From positions 1-27,749 of the forward strand of contig JBCCQY010000120.1 in the NCBI GenBank assembly GCA_039208735.1: a stretch of 27,749 nt of DNA, given 5' to 3'. The stretch is from Myxococcota bacterium (GTDB lineage Bacteria; Myxococcota_A; UBA796; GCA-2862545). Within the stretch, counting starts at the first letter, position 1, and each line of letters begins with the position of its first letter. Both the position numbers and the translations under genes were made by a program. The notes beneath the pieces are model-generated. The model had not been told where the DNA came from, did not search any database, and saw nothing but the letters and a program-made list of their open reading frames with translations. Shown piece after piece: positions 17,878-26,382 of the stretch.

Positions 17878-18432
17878 ATGAGCCAAGACTCCAGTAACGA
17901 CCCCACCATCACGCGGCATACCGACGACGAGGCGCCGTCTGCAGATACCGCGCCCACGTCGACGCAGCGCGAAGCCCTGCTGAGTGCGATCGAGTCCCAG
18001 CTGGCGACACTGCGGGCGTCGAACGACGAGGGCGATCTGGCCTGCCTCGCGGGGGTCTACGGCGGCCTGCGCGCGTTGACCGAGCCGCCTGCGCCAACCG
18101 AGTCCCTCGAGGTTCAGCTGCTGAGGCTGCACCAAGGCCTCGTGGAGGACGCAGGACGAGCCCAGCGGCTCCTCGATCAGGTCCAGATCATGAAACGCGT
18201 CACGGAGCGACTGCTGCAGCGGGTGCAGGGTCGCCCGGTGACCGACGAGCCAGCTTGGCTCGACGTCGCGCATCTGCACTTCGGTGCGGACGACCTCCGA
18301 CTGAATCTGTCGTGCCTCAGCGGCTGCCCCGAAGACATCGACCAAGTGGCCTCGCTCTTCGGCGGCGACGATTGGACCGTGGAGTTCGGTGACCCGTCGC
18401 CGTCGACGCCTGCCCCCGCCTCCCTGCACTAA
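17878..18432 (+). CDS. Hypothetical protein
   Basis: GC-rich third codon positions and helical composition from ATG 17878 (MSQDSS); co-oriented with the primase cluster. Confidence 0.6.
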   Translation: MSQDSSNDPTITRHTDDEAPSADTAPTSTQREALLSAIESQLATLRASNDEGDLACLAGVYGGLRALTEPPAPTESLEVQLLRLHQGLVEDAGRAQRLLDQVQIMKRVTERLLQRVQGRPVTDEPAWLDVAHLHFGADDLRLNLSCLSGCPEDIDQVASLFGGDDWTVEFGDPSPSTPAPASLH

Positions 18433-18501
18433 GCCCCGCCTCCCCGCCCCATCTCGTGCCTGCCAGCTCGGCGGGACTGCGGAGCTGTGCCTGGAGCAAC
18501 C

Positions 18502-19221
18502 ATGACCCTCCACTCCTCCCCCAAGCCCGTCACCGCCTGCGGATGGCGACGGGTTCTCGCTCGCGGCGACTCGGGTCGCTGGCTGTTCGGCCCCGCGCAC
18601 TGCACCGCCGACGCCGCGTTGGTCGTGCTCGACCGCGAAGCCATCGGCCACGTCTGGCTCTACCACGCCTACGGGCGCCCCAACGGCGTGACGCTCGAGC
18701 TGCTTCCGTTGCCCGGTGACCTGGGTGACCAAGCGCCGCTCAAGGCGCTGCAACGACACCTTGAGGCGCTGGTGATGTCGCCTTCCCCTGCGCCGCCCCC
18801 GGTGGCCCCAAGGCCGGCCATGGTGCCAACCCCATCACGACGACCCCGCCGTTCGCCCGTGCCGACCCCGACACGCCCCCGATGGAAGCGCACCCACCGT
18901 CGAGGCGCTGCGGGTCGGTGGCTCTACGGCCCCGACGGCTGTCATGAGCCCACGGCCCTTGTCATCATCGATCGCGTGTACGCGACCGAGCCCGGAGCGC
19001 ACGGCCGGCCCCGTGAGAACCGTGGCGTGTGGCAACACACGGTGCGGGTCCGCAACCCACGGACTGGCGAGCTGACCGAGCACCGTCTGTGGGGCGAACT
19101 CGGGCAGATGCTAAGACCGCCCATCCGAAGCATCCAGGCGTGGGCGGTCAAGCGGCTGAACGGTCGCCATCCGAGCCGCATGACGGTCTCGACCGAGGCC
19201 CCTGCGGTGGTGTCGCCGTGA
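18502..19221 (+). CDS. Hypothetical protein with internal duplicated domain
   Basis: GGAG RBS; two copies of W(R/K)R...RG..GRWL(F/Y)GP..C....ALV..DR; TGATG overlap with the primase gene. Confidence 0.7.
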   Translation: MTLHSSPKPVTACGWRRVLARGDSGRWLFGPAHCTADAALVVLDREAIGHVWLYHAYGRPNGVTLELLPLPGDLGDQAPLKALQRHLEALVMSPSPAPPPVAPRPAMVPTPSRRPRRSPVPTPTRPRWKRTHRRGAAGRWLYGPDGCHEPTALVIIDRVYATEPGAHGRPRENRGVWQHTVRVRNPRTGELTEHRLWGELGQMLRPPIRSIQAWAVKRLNGRHPSRMTVSTEAPAVVSP

Positions 19222-21626
19222 TGGGCTGGATGACGCAGGCCAAGAGCCATCCCGTCGCTCACATCGCCGCTGCCTTGAAGCTTCAGGTCACGCGCAACAC
19301 GATTGGGCCCTGCCCTTCGTGCGGAGCGTCCCACCGCGAGCACAGCGGGCGCCGGGGTCCCATCGGAACCACGACCGACGGCGCAGGTTGGCGGTGTCAC
19401 CGCTGCCAACGCACGGGCTCGACGGTGGACCTCGTCGGCCTGGCCCTCGGGGTCGAGCCCACGTCACCCGAAACCCGGGCGTGGTTCGCGGCGCGGGGCT
19501 GGTGTGATCCGTCCAAGGAGAGCCCACCACCACCGCATGTGAAGCCGCCACCCCTGCCCCCGCGAGAACCAGAGCGAGCACCACCCCCGCACTCGGACGT
19601 CGAGCGGCTGTGGGCCGACGCGCCACCCATCACGGACGACGAGTTGTCGATGACGTGGGTGTGGAGCCGAGGTCTGGACTCTGCGACACTCGCCGACCGG
19701 GACCTCGCACGCGTCATCCCGAACCAGGCCCCCAGCTGGGCTCGGCGATGGCGCAGCCACTACCGTGTCCTGCTGCCGCTGTACGACGCCACCGGGACGT
19801 TGCGGTCCGTCCGGGCTCGCAAGGTAGCCGACGTGCGCGGACAGAAGAGCCTGAATCCCAAGGGCTACACCGTGGGAGGCCTTGTGTTCGCGAACGCATC
19901 GGGCCAAACCCTGCTTCGGGACGGGGCACTCGGGGAAGGTGCCCGCGTCTACCTCACCGAAGGCGGCCCGGACTTCCTCACGGTGGCCGCGTGGTTGTCC
20001 GAGACCAGTCCCGATGTCGTGTTCGGGATCGGAGCCGGTCAATGGACGCCCGAACTCGCGGCGCGCATTCCGGACGGTACGCAGGTCTTCGTCTGCACCG
20101 ACCCGAACGCAACGGGACGGGCCTACGCGAAGGCAGTAGCCGAATCCCTCGAGGGACGGTGCCCGGTGTGGGTTCCGGACCCCGACGCGACGGACCCACG
20201 CGACCTCAACGACCGGTGGCGGGAGGGCCCCCAGGCCTTCGACCCGACCGCGGGGCTCGTCCGCTACGCAGTGGCGTCGGTGCCTCCGAACGGCGGAACG
20301 TGTTGCAGCGAAACACCGGATGGCAGGCCGTACCTGGCTGCGGCGAAGGGGGCACAAGGCTTCTATGTGGCCACCGCCACAGGCTACGTCTTCGTCGCCT
20401 CGAAGCTCGTGCGGGTCGAGCTTCAGCGGTTGTGGCCTCATCTGCAGACCCGCAACGAAGAGGGCGAGCCGCTCGGGGCGGCCACGCTCTACGAGCGGTT
20501 CGGACGTCGCGTCGACGACGTCATCTTCAGCTACACAAGCCGCACCCGCTTCGAGAAAGGCCCGAACCACGGCGGGAAGCTGTTCCTGCAGGTCTTGCAA
20601 GAACCCCCACCGCCTGCCGTCTTCCACGCCGACGTTGATGAGTGGCTAAGGCTCGCCTTCAACGAGCGGACCCTCGATTGGCTCGCCACCATGCCGGAAC
20701 TCGGTCAGCCCACGAGCGCGCTGTGGCTCTACGGTGCGAAGGGCATCGGCAAGTCGATGATTGCGGAAGCCTGCAGCGCCTACTTCGGCAGTGCGGTCAC
20801 CGACTACGACGACGTCTTCAAGGGCCGCCTCAACGATGCGTTGTTGCGGTGTCCCATCATGCACCTCGACGAACAGGCCGAGGTGAAGGCGAGCACCGGC
20901 GTCATGCGAAAGCGCATCGCCAACTCCCGGCACGCCATCGAGGCAAAGGGCGAACCGTCTGGCACGCTTCACGGCTGTCCTCGGCTCATCATCTGCTCGA
21001 ACAACCCCGACCCGATGGGGTGGGGTCGCGAAGCCCTGACGCGCATGGACAACGACGCGATTGGCGACCGCATGCTCATTGTCGACTGCAACCCGGCCGC
21101 CGAGCGGTGGCTCAAGGAGCGCGGAGGTCGGCAAGGGGTCACGTCGGACTGGCTCGAACGGTCCGATGGCTCACGCGGACGGTTGGTCGAGCACATCGCG
21201 TGGCTCGTGCAGAACCGTACCGTCGAGCGTGACCCTCGCTTCTTGGTGCCCGGAGACGCCGCCGAGTGGTCGGCTCGGGTGGGAACGCGTGAAGGCTTGC
21301 CACGAACCATCCTCGATGCGTTGGCCTGCTACCTCGAGATGAGCCCCGCCGAACGGAACTGGGTCGACGACAAATATCCGCCGTTCCTTTGGCACCCCAA
21401 CTACGCCGACACGGTTCTCATCAGCGTTCCGGGCCTCATCCGAAATTGGCGACCGCTCGTCGGAGCAGGTGAACCCGTGCCCTCACCCGTCAAGACGGGC
21501 AAGGCGCTCCAAATCCTCACCAACGCGGATGGCCCGACGCGGATTCGCTTGCGCGCAGGCGACGACAAACGCGTGCGCCTGTACCTGCTTCCCGAGAGCG
21601 TCGTCGCTCGTCACGTGGGGGCGTAG
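19221..21626 (+). CDS. Primase-helicase: Zn finger + Toprim + SF3 (DUF5906-like) NTPase
   Basis: GPCPSCG...WRCHRC Zn finger; VYLTEGGPDFL, VCTDPNATG and DLND Toprim motifs; Walker A LYGAKGIGKS, Walker B MHLDE, motif C LIICSN. Start at the TGATG overlap, 19221. Confidence 0.88.
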   Translation: MGWMTQAKSHPVAHIAAALKLQVTRNTIGPCPSCGASHREHSGRRGPIGTTTDGAGWRCHRCQRTGSTVDLVGLALGVEPTSPETRAWFAARGWCDPSKESPPPPHVKPPPLPPREPERAPPPHSDVERLWADAPPITDDELSMTWVWSRGLDSATLADRDLARVIPNQAPSWARRWRSHYRVLLPLYDATGTLRSVRARKVADVRGQKSLNPKGYTVGGLVFANASGQTLLRDGALGEGARVYLTEGGPDFLTVAAWLSETSPDVVFGIGAGQWTPELAARIPDGTQVFVCTDPNATGRAYAKAVAESLEGRCPVWVPDPDATDPRDLNDRWREGPQAFDPTAGLVRYAVASVPPNGGTCCSETPDGRPYLAAAKGAQGFYVATATGYVFVASKLVRVELQRLWPHLQTRNEEGEPLGAATLYERFGRRVDDVIFSYTSRTRFEKGPNHGGKLFLQVLQEPPPPAVFHADVDEWLRLAFNERTLDWLATMPELGQPTSALWLYGAKGIGKSMIAEACSAYFGSAVTDYDDVFKGRLNDALLRCPIMHLDEQAEVKASTGVMRKRIANSRHAIEAKGEPSGTLHGCPRLIICSNNPDPMGWGREALTRMDNDAIGDRMLIVDCNPAAERWLKERGGRQGVTSDWLERSDGSRGRLVEHIAWLVQNRTVERDPRFLVPGDAAEWSARVGTREGLPRTILDALACYLEMSPAERNWVDDKYPPFLWHPNYADTVLISVPGLIRNWRPLVGAGEPVPSPVKTGKALQILTNADGPTRIRLRAGDDKRVRLYLLPESVVARHVGA

Positions 21627-21651
21627 CCGATGGTGCCGTTCTCCTCGAACA

Positions 21652-21941
21652 GGTCCGGGGTCGCACCCTGCGCGATGCCGATAAACAGGGCATCGTCACT
21701 GACGGTCCGACATCGCAGACGCGCGGTCCGAACACTGGGCCGGGCAAGAACGCAGACGACACCACGCTGGTCCGGAGGGGCAGGGGTCTGCGTGCATTCC
21801 CGCGTACTTCCCGAACGGTGCGCCACCCTCTCTACACCCCAAGGAAGTGCCCAGCGATTCCAACCTCGGACCCTCCGGACCACACCGTTGTCATCGGTCT
21901 CCAACGTCGGACCGTACCCCGGACCCTGTCTGGACCGGACC
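21652..21941. repeat. Inverted array of GGTCCG/CGGACC hexamers, candidate replication-origin iterons
   Basis: GGTCCG at 21652, 21704, 21725, 21769; CGGACC at 21867, 21876, 21908, 21920, 21936 (plus TGGACC at 21931), immediately downstream of the primase. Confidence 0.65.
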
Positions 21942-22194
21942 AGGGTTGGAGGAGAGGAAGAGAAGAGGGAAGAAGAAGGGTGTTGCTTCAGAAGCCACGT
22001 TCTCCTTCCTCTTCCGCTGTTCTCACGCCCGTTGCACCCATCGATGAACGACGGACGAGACGTTCGAGCGCCTGACGGGCGCCTGTGGGCTCCGTCCTGC
22101 ATCCAGCCTGTGCTCCCTTCCCGCCGCACTCCCTTCCCCCTTCCCGCCGACGCTGAACCGCAGTGTTGGACCTGCCTGAGCTGTGGAGTCCCCC

Positions 22195-23052
22195 ATGCTT
22201 GAATTCACCTTCGAGTTCGAGGGCCAACCCCTCGAGGTCCTTCAAGTCGACAATGAACCCATGATCGACGCGAGCCACCTGTCTGACGTGCTCGGCTACA
22301 AGTCTCGCGGTGCCATCACTGATCAGATCCGCCGCGATTGGTCCAGCGAGTTTGAGGAGGGTCGAGACTACAGGATGGTCGCCGGTTCTTCTATTCCGGG
22401 TGTTTCCGGGAATAGAGGAAGCAACCGTCCGAAGCTGCTTCTCACCGAGTCGGGCTGGAACCTCGTGTTCATCAAGACCCGCAAGCCCATCGGCGTCGCC
22501 TTGCGCCGGTTCCTCGCCGATGAGGTCCTGCCCCAGTTGTCGCGAACCGGGCAGTACACGCTGGGCGGTCCCACCCACGATGACGCGTTGGCGGCCCGGG
22601 TCTCTCGGCTCGAGCAGGGCCAGGAGAAGCTGACGGAGGTGGTGACGGGGCTCACGCATGTGGTGTCGGGCCTCGCGAAGCAGATCGCCACGCTTCCGCA
22701 CACTCGCATGCCCGCTCTTGGTGACGGCGCTGCGCCAGCGAGGCAGCTCCTGGTCCACGGGGTGCCGGTTCCGCCGCTGAGCATCCCCGAGCGGTTTTCG
22801 ATCCGAAGCCTGGGCCAGCTGGCACGTCCCGAGGGCTGCAGCGCGCAGACGATGAAGAAGCGGCTGCAGAGCGTTGGGCTACTCGACGACGACGTGTGGA
22901 GCTGGGTTGGCGAAGAGACCGTGATGACGTCATCGGGATCGGAACGGCAGCAGACGGTCTATGCGTTCCGCAAGGGCATCATGGCCGAACTTCGTAGACG
23001 GGAAAGGCGGGGCTCGCAGGGGCCACTGTTCGTCTGGCAGGGGGAGGAGTGA
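22195..23052 (+). CDS. Bro-N domain protein (phage antirepressor-like)
   Basis: FEFEGQPLEVLQVDNEPMIDASHLSDVLGY...LLLTESGWNLVFIKTRKPIGVALRRFLADEVLPQLSRTGQY; GGAG RBS before ATG 22195. Confidence 0.88.
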   Translation: MLEFTFEFEGQPLEVLQVDNEPMIDASHLSDVLGYKSRGAITDQIRRDWSSEFEEGRDYRMVAGSSIPGVSGNRGSNRPKLLLTESGWNLVFIKTRKPIGVALRRFLADEVLPQLSRTGQYTLGGPTHDDALAARVSRLEQGQEKLTEVVTGLTHVVSGLAKQIATLPHTRMPALGDGAAPARQLLVHGVPVPPLSIPERFSIRSLGQLARPEGCSAQTMKKRLQSVGLLDDDVWSWVGEETVMTSSGSERQQTVYAFRKGIMAELRRRERRGSQGPLFVWQGEE

Positions 23053-23142
23053 TGGTGGATCAAGGTATACCGAGCAGTTGAGGCCTCGCCTATGGGTGTG
23101 AATTAAGACCACATCGATACCAAGGCCACGAAGTTCGGGCTC

Positions 23143-25035
23143 TCACTTATCGGTTCGGCAGAGTGACAACTTCAGGTATGCTCGATCATCGAACGAGCTG
23201 CCTTCAGCTACGGTTTGGCGCCCCTTCGTTCTTGGGTATTTGCCGACCATCTGTGGGTCTTTGTGGAGAATATTGAACAACTGTCTTTCAGAATCCTCCA
23301 AAGTTTCACAGAGAACTGGATACCCGTCAGTCGCTAGAATAACCGCGGTCGCGTCATCCCTTACGTCGACTCTCTCCCAGTTGTTGGGTTGGTGCACCCT
23401 GAATCCGTCTATAGCACCGAAGCAGAAGCGATTGCCTTCCTTGGCATTACGGAACCGGTGCTGTAGCTTCGAAATCTGTCTGATTCCCTCGTCCCAACGG
23501 CGTGCTCCCTTCTCCTCCGAGGATAGGAGTAGAATGGAACGAGCATCCGCATATACCCTGTCCAACTTCCGAATTCTACTACGCCACTCGGAAACACCTG
23601 CGGGGTACATGATGAGACATTGGCAGTTTCCCAACAGCCAGACCTGCCTCTTCTTCGGAGAGTACAGAGCGACGCCACAACTGGGCCGAGCAGATGCGTC
23701 TGTGCTCAATTGGGTATAGCGTCCTTTACGATTATACTCTTCCCTAAGTGCATCAGTAAGCCGTTCCAGTGCGTCTTCTTTTCCGACATCTGGCGGCAGC
23801 CCTCTTACGGCATTTGCAACCGTCTCCGCAGCGAATCGCCCGGCCGTCACTGACCCCCATTCTAATTCGCTTTCTAATGGAGTCATGCCTTCGATGACCC
23901 CTCCGATGCCGTCCTCACGCAGAGGTGGCACAACCAAGTCGTCGCCCTGGTTGTCGACCCCCTTGGCGGAACAGGCTTTCTCTTCGACGACCACCACCCG
24001 GCCGTTCAGCCTCTTGTGAAGTTTTGGCGTTATTGAGCCAATGTCGAAGGGCCCGGGCAAATCGGTATCTTTTGCAATATTCCAAGTTTTCTGGCCCTCA
24101 AGTACATCACACTTGAAGACGGCAGCAAAATATTGGGGTTGCTTTAGTGCCTGATCGACATACCATTTCGCCGCCGAATTTGTTGCAAACTCATGGCATC
24201 CACACAAAAGCACAATCGTAGTACTATTGGTTTGGTTGGACCAAGGATTCGGCATTCTCACTACGAGGCCATAGTCGCTAATGATCTCCGGAGACTTTTC
24301 GTCGGTTCGGTCTGGTTTTAGTTGTGTACCGTCGCCAGGCCCCACAATGATGGAGGACGTAAAACTGCCACCCCATGGATAAAGTTGGATATCCAGACGA
24401 GATAGTGAAGGGTCTGCTGGGTCGGCCATATCTAGGCCATGGTTCAAAGCATCGAGGGATTTCGCGGCGAGGATATTCGTCTTACGTCCACCGATAATGA
24501 TGAGATTCTTCTTCTGTAGATCGGTAGAAACGTCTTCTGCCAGCAGTACCTGCTCGGTATCGAACTTCGGGCCGTCTGGATACTGGAGCATTGACTTAAG
24601 ACACGTGGCAAGCGCCTTTACCTGGGCGGTCCCAGTTGCCTTTCTCGTGTACTTGTTCTGGATCGTCGTTCCCGAGGTGGCGAGACAAAACACTGGGGCC
24701 TCGTCAGTACCAAGATGGCGCCATGGGTTTGAGGTGGAGTCCAATGATGCATCCATCTTGTCTAGTAAACGGTTAACGTCGTCCTCGAAACGAGATTTCT
24801 CATCCTTCAGATTCTCAAGGAGGGTGCGGAAATCGCGATGGTCGTGGCTAGGGCTTCGGTCATTGAGCATCTGGACGAGGTTCGTGGCGTAGTTCCTCGG
24901 CGTGCGCGACTGCTCGAGCTCTGGGAGCAACTTCCGGAAGTGTTCGCTCACGAAGTGTTTCAGTTTCTCCATCTCTGGGAAGGCATCGCTCAGGAGCTTT
25001 GCGATTTCCTTGAGGGGTCGTTCTTTACTAGACAT
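23143..25035 (-). CDS. EAD-like N-terminal domain + uncharacterised middle domain + PP2C-like phosphatase-fold domain
   Basis: N-terminus IAKLLSDAFPEMEKLKHFVSEHF..YATNLVQML..FRTLLENL. Middle NLIIIGGRKTN..DYGLVVRMPNPW. C-terminus GDDLVV, GVIEGMT, LLGNCQ, ILATDGYP, DDRAYL in PP2C motif order. Confidence 0.75.
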   Translation of the reverse strand: MSSKERPLKEIAKLLSDAFPEMEKLKHFVSEHFRKLLPELEQSRTPRNYATNLVQMLNDRSPSHDHRDFRTLLENLKDEKSRFEDDVNRLLDKMDASLDSTSNPWRHLGTDEAPVFCLATSGTTIQNKYTRKATGTAQVKALATCLKSMLQYPDGPKFDTEQVLLAEDVSTDLQKKNLIIIGGRKTNILAAKSLDALNHGLDMADPADPSLSRLDIQLYPWGGSFTSSIIVGPGDGTQLKPDRTDEKSPEIISDYGLVVRMPNPWSNQTNSTTIVLLCGCHEFATNSAAKWYVDQALKQPQYFAAVFKCDVLEGQKTWNIAKDTDLPGPFDIGSITPKLHKRLNGRVVVVEEKACSAKGVDNQGDDLVVPPLREDGIGGVIEGMTPLESELEWGSVTAGRFAAETVANAVRGLPPDVGKEDALERLTDALREEYNRKGRYTQLSTDASARPSCGVALYSPKKRQVWLLGNCQCLIMYPAGVSEWRSRIRKLDRVYADARSILLLSSEEKGARRWDEGIRQISKLQHRFRNAKEGNRFCFGAIDGFRVHQPNNWERVDVRDDATAVILATDGYPVLCETLEDSERQLFNILHKDPQMVGKYPRTKGRQTVAEGSSFDDRAYLKLSLCRTDK

Positions 25036-25117
25036 CGCATCGACACTCTTGCGACGAGAGCATGTGACACTGGGAGCAGCTAGAGTGCCTCCGAGTCAGG
25101 CTCAACGTGGAGTGAAA

Positions 25118-26050
25118 GTGACCGATCCTCAACTCATATGTCAAGTCGGTCTCGGCACCACCGGAAGCGCCCTGCTCTGGGCGTTGCATCGCCACTGGCA
25201 AATCATCGGCGTCGACAAGGATGTGAACCGGGTTGCTGATGCACGGGCGAAGGACATGTGGGCGTGCACGCGTGAGGACGTCCAATGGCAGGCCGCGAAT
25301 TTCTTCATCGTTTCTGTTCCAACTCCATTATCGGATGATGACAGTTCGTGCTACAACCTGGACTACTTGCGTGACGCACTGACCTGTTTGGGGCGAGCGA
25401 TTTCACGGTCTCGGAACTCCAGCCACCCTGTGGTCGCGATCCGATCGACGGTAAGCGTTGGAACTACAACAACTCACCTCATTCCCTTGCTCGAAACCGT
25501 CACCGGCAGGCAGGTCGGTAGCGACATTGGGATAGTCTACAGCCCCGAGTTCTTGAGGGCCGAACACGCTCGATACGACATCTCCAACGCACCGGAGGTC
25601 GTCTACTGGGCTTCGGACTGCGAAGCGGAACGCCAATTCGTGCATGTGATGTCCGTGCTTGGTGCCCCTTTCCGACGCCATAGCTGTGCTAGCGCGGCTG
25701 AAGCCCAAAAGGTGGTCAGCAGTTCGCTCAATGCGACCATGATCTCCGCTTTCAATGAGTGGAGGATGTTTCTTTCCAAAGCCTGCCCTGAACTCAGCTC
25801 TAGCGAAATCCAGGAGATCTTCTTCGGTGTTTGCAAAACGTCTTTCGCGAAGCGTGATCGATACGGGGCCTATGAGCTGGGCCCATACGGCGGTGCGTGT
25901 TTGCCTAAGGATGTCAAGGCAGCGCAGCTACTGGCAAGCCAGCTTCGCCACCGCTTACCCATACTGGATGCCGTCGCTGTTGTGAATGAGGCGCCAATGC
26001 TGCGCGAGTGCCAGCATGAAGGCCGGCTGTCGACTGACTCCAAGGAGTAA
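25118..26050 (+). CDS. UDP-glucose/GDP-mannose dehydrogenase-family protein lacking the C-terminal UDP-binding domain
   Basis: VGLGTTG Rossmann motif, IGVD, IVSVPTP, IRSTVSVGTT, YSPEFLR, ISAFNE and GPYGGACLPKD catalytic Cys motif. Start GTG 25118 after GGAG. Confidence 0.85.
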   Translation: MTDPQLICQVGLGTTGSALLWALHRHWQIIGVDKDVNRVADARAKDMWACTREDVQWQAANFFIVSVPTPLSDDDSSCYNLDYLRDALTCLGRAISRSRNSSHPVVAIRSTVSVGTTTTHLIPLLETVTGRQVGSDIGIVYSPEFLRAEHARYDISNAPEVVYWASDCEAERQFVHVMSVLGAPFRRHSCASAAEAQKVVSSSLNATMISAFNEWRMFLSKACPELSSSEIQEIFFGVCKTSFAKRDRYGAYELGPYGGACLPKDVKAAQLLASQLRHRLPILDAVAVVNEAPMLRECQHEGRLSTDSKE

Positions 26051-26296
26051 TCGGCATTATGTGACTCGATCCGTGCAAGTTTGCTCCACCTAGGACTTGT
26101 GGAGATGATTTGCTCCGGAGTCGAAGCGCGAGATGTGAGCCGCGACCGCGTCGATGCAAAGGTGCAACTGTTCATTTGGTGGAAGGAGCGCGCGCAGACG
26201 GGCGGTACCGATGCGGTCAACAGCGCCCTCGAGCGGCTACTCGGGTTGTGACGTCACGCGGTGTGAACGGCGGTGAATGGTGCCGTGGCACAATCC

Positions 26297-26382
26297 CCGG
26301 GGGTGCCGTGGCCGAGCTACCGAAGCCGCATGGGGGGATGACGCCGGAGGAGAAGGGCGAGCTGTTGTTGCGGTATGTGGCG
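26297..26382 (+). repeat. Dispersed direct repeat of 338-423 (RBS + leader of both pentapeptide genes)
   Basis: ccgggggtgccRtggccgagctRccRaagccgcatg..gggatgacgccggaggagaagggcgagctg is shared by both loci. Confidence 0.9.

Larger units (their letters stand above)
16833..23052. mobile_element. Phage-satellite / integrative-element-like regulation and replication core (boundaries unknown, no integrase seen)
   Basis: Divergent XRE pair, two hypothetical genes, primase-helicase, iteron array and Bro-N gene in the order typical of such elements. Confidence 0.6.

Noticed and set aside
21630..22202. 190-aa ORF downstream of the primase (and 21611..22129 on the minus strand)
   Set aside because: The composition is not protein-like, and the region is better explained as iterons and low-complexity tracts.
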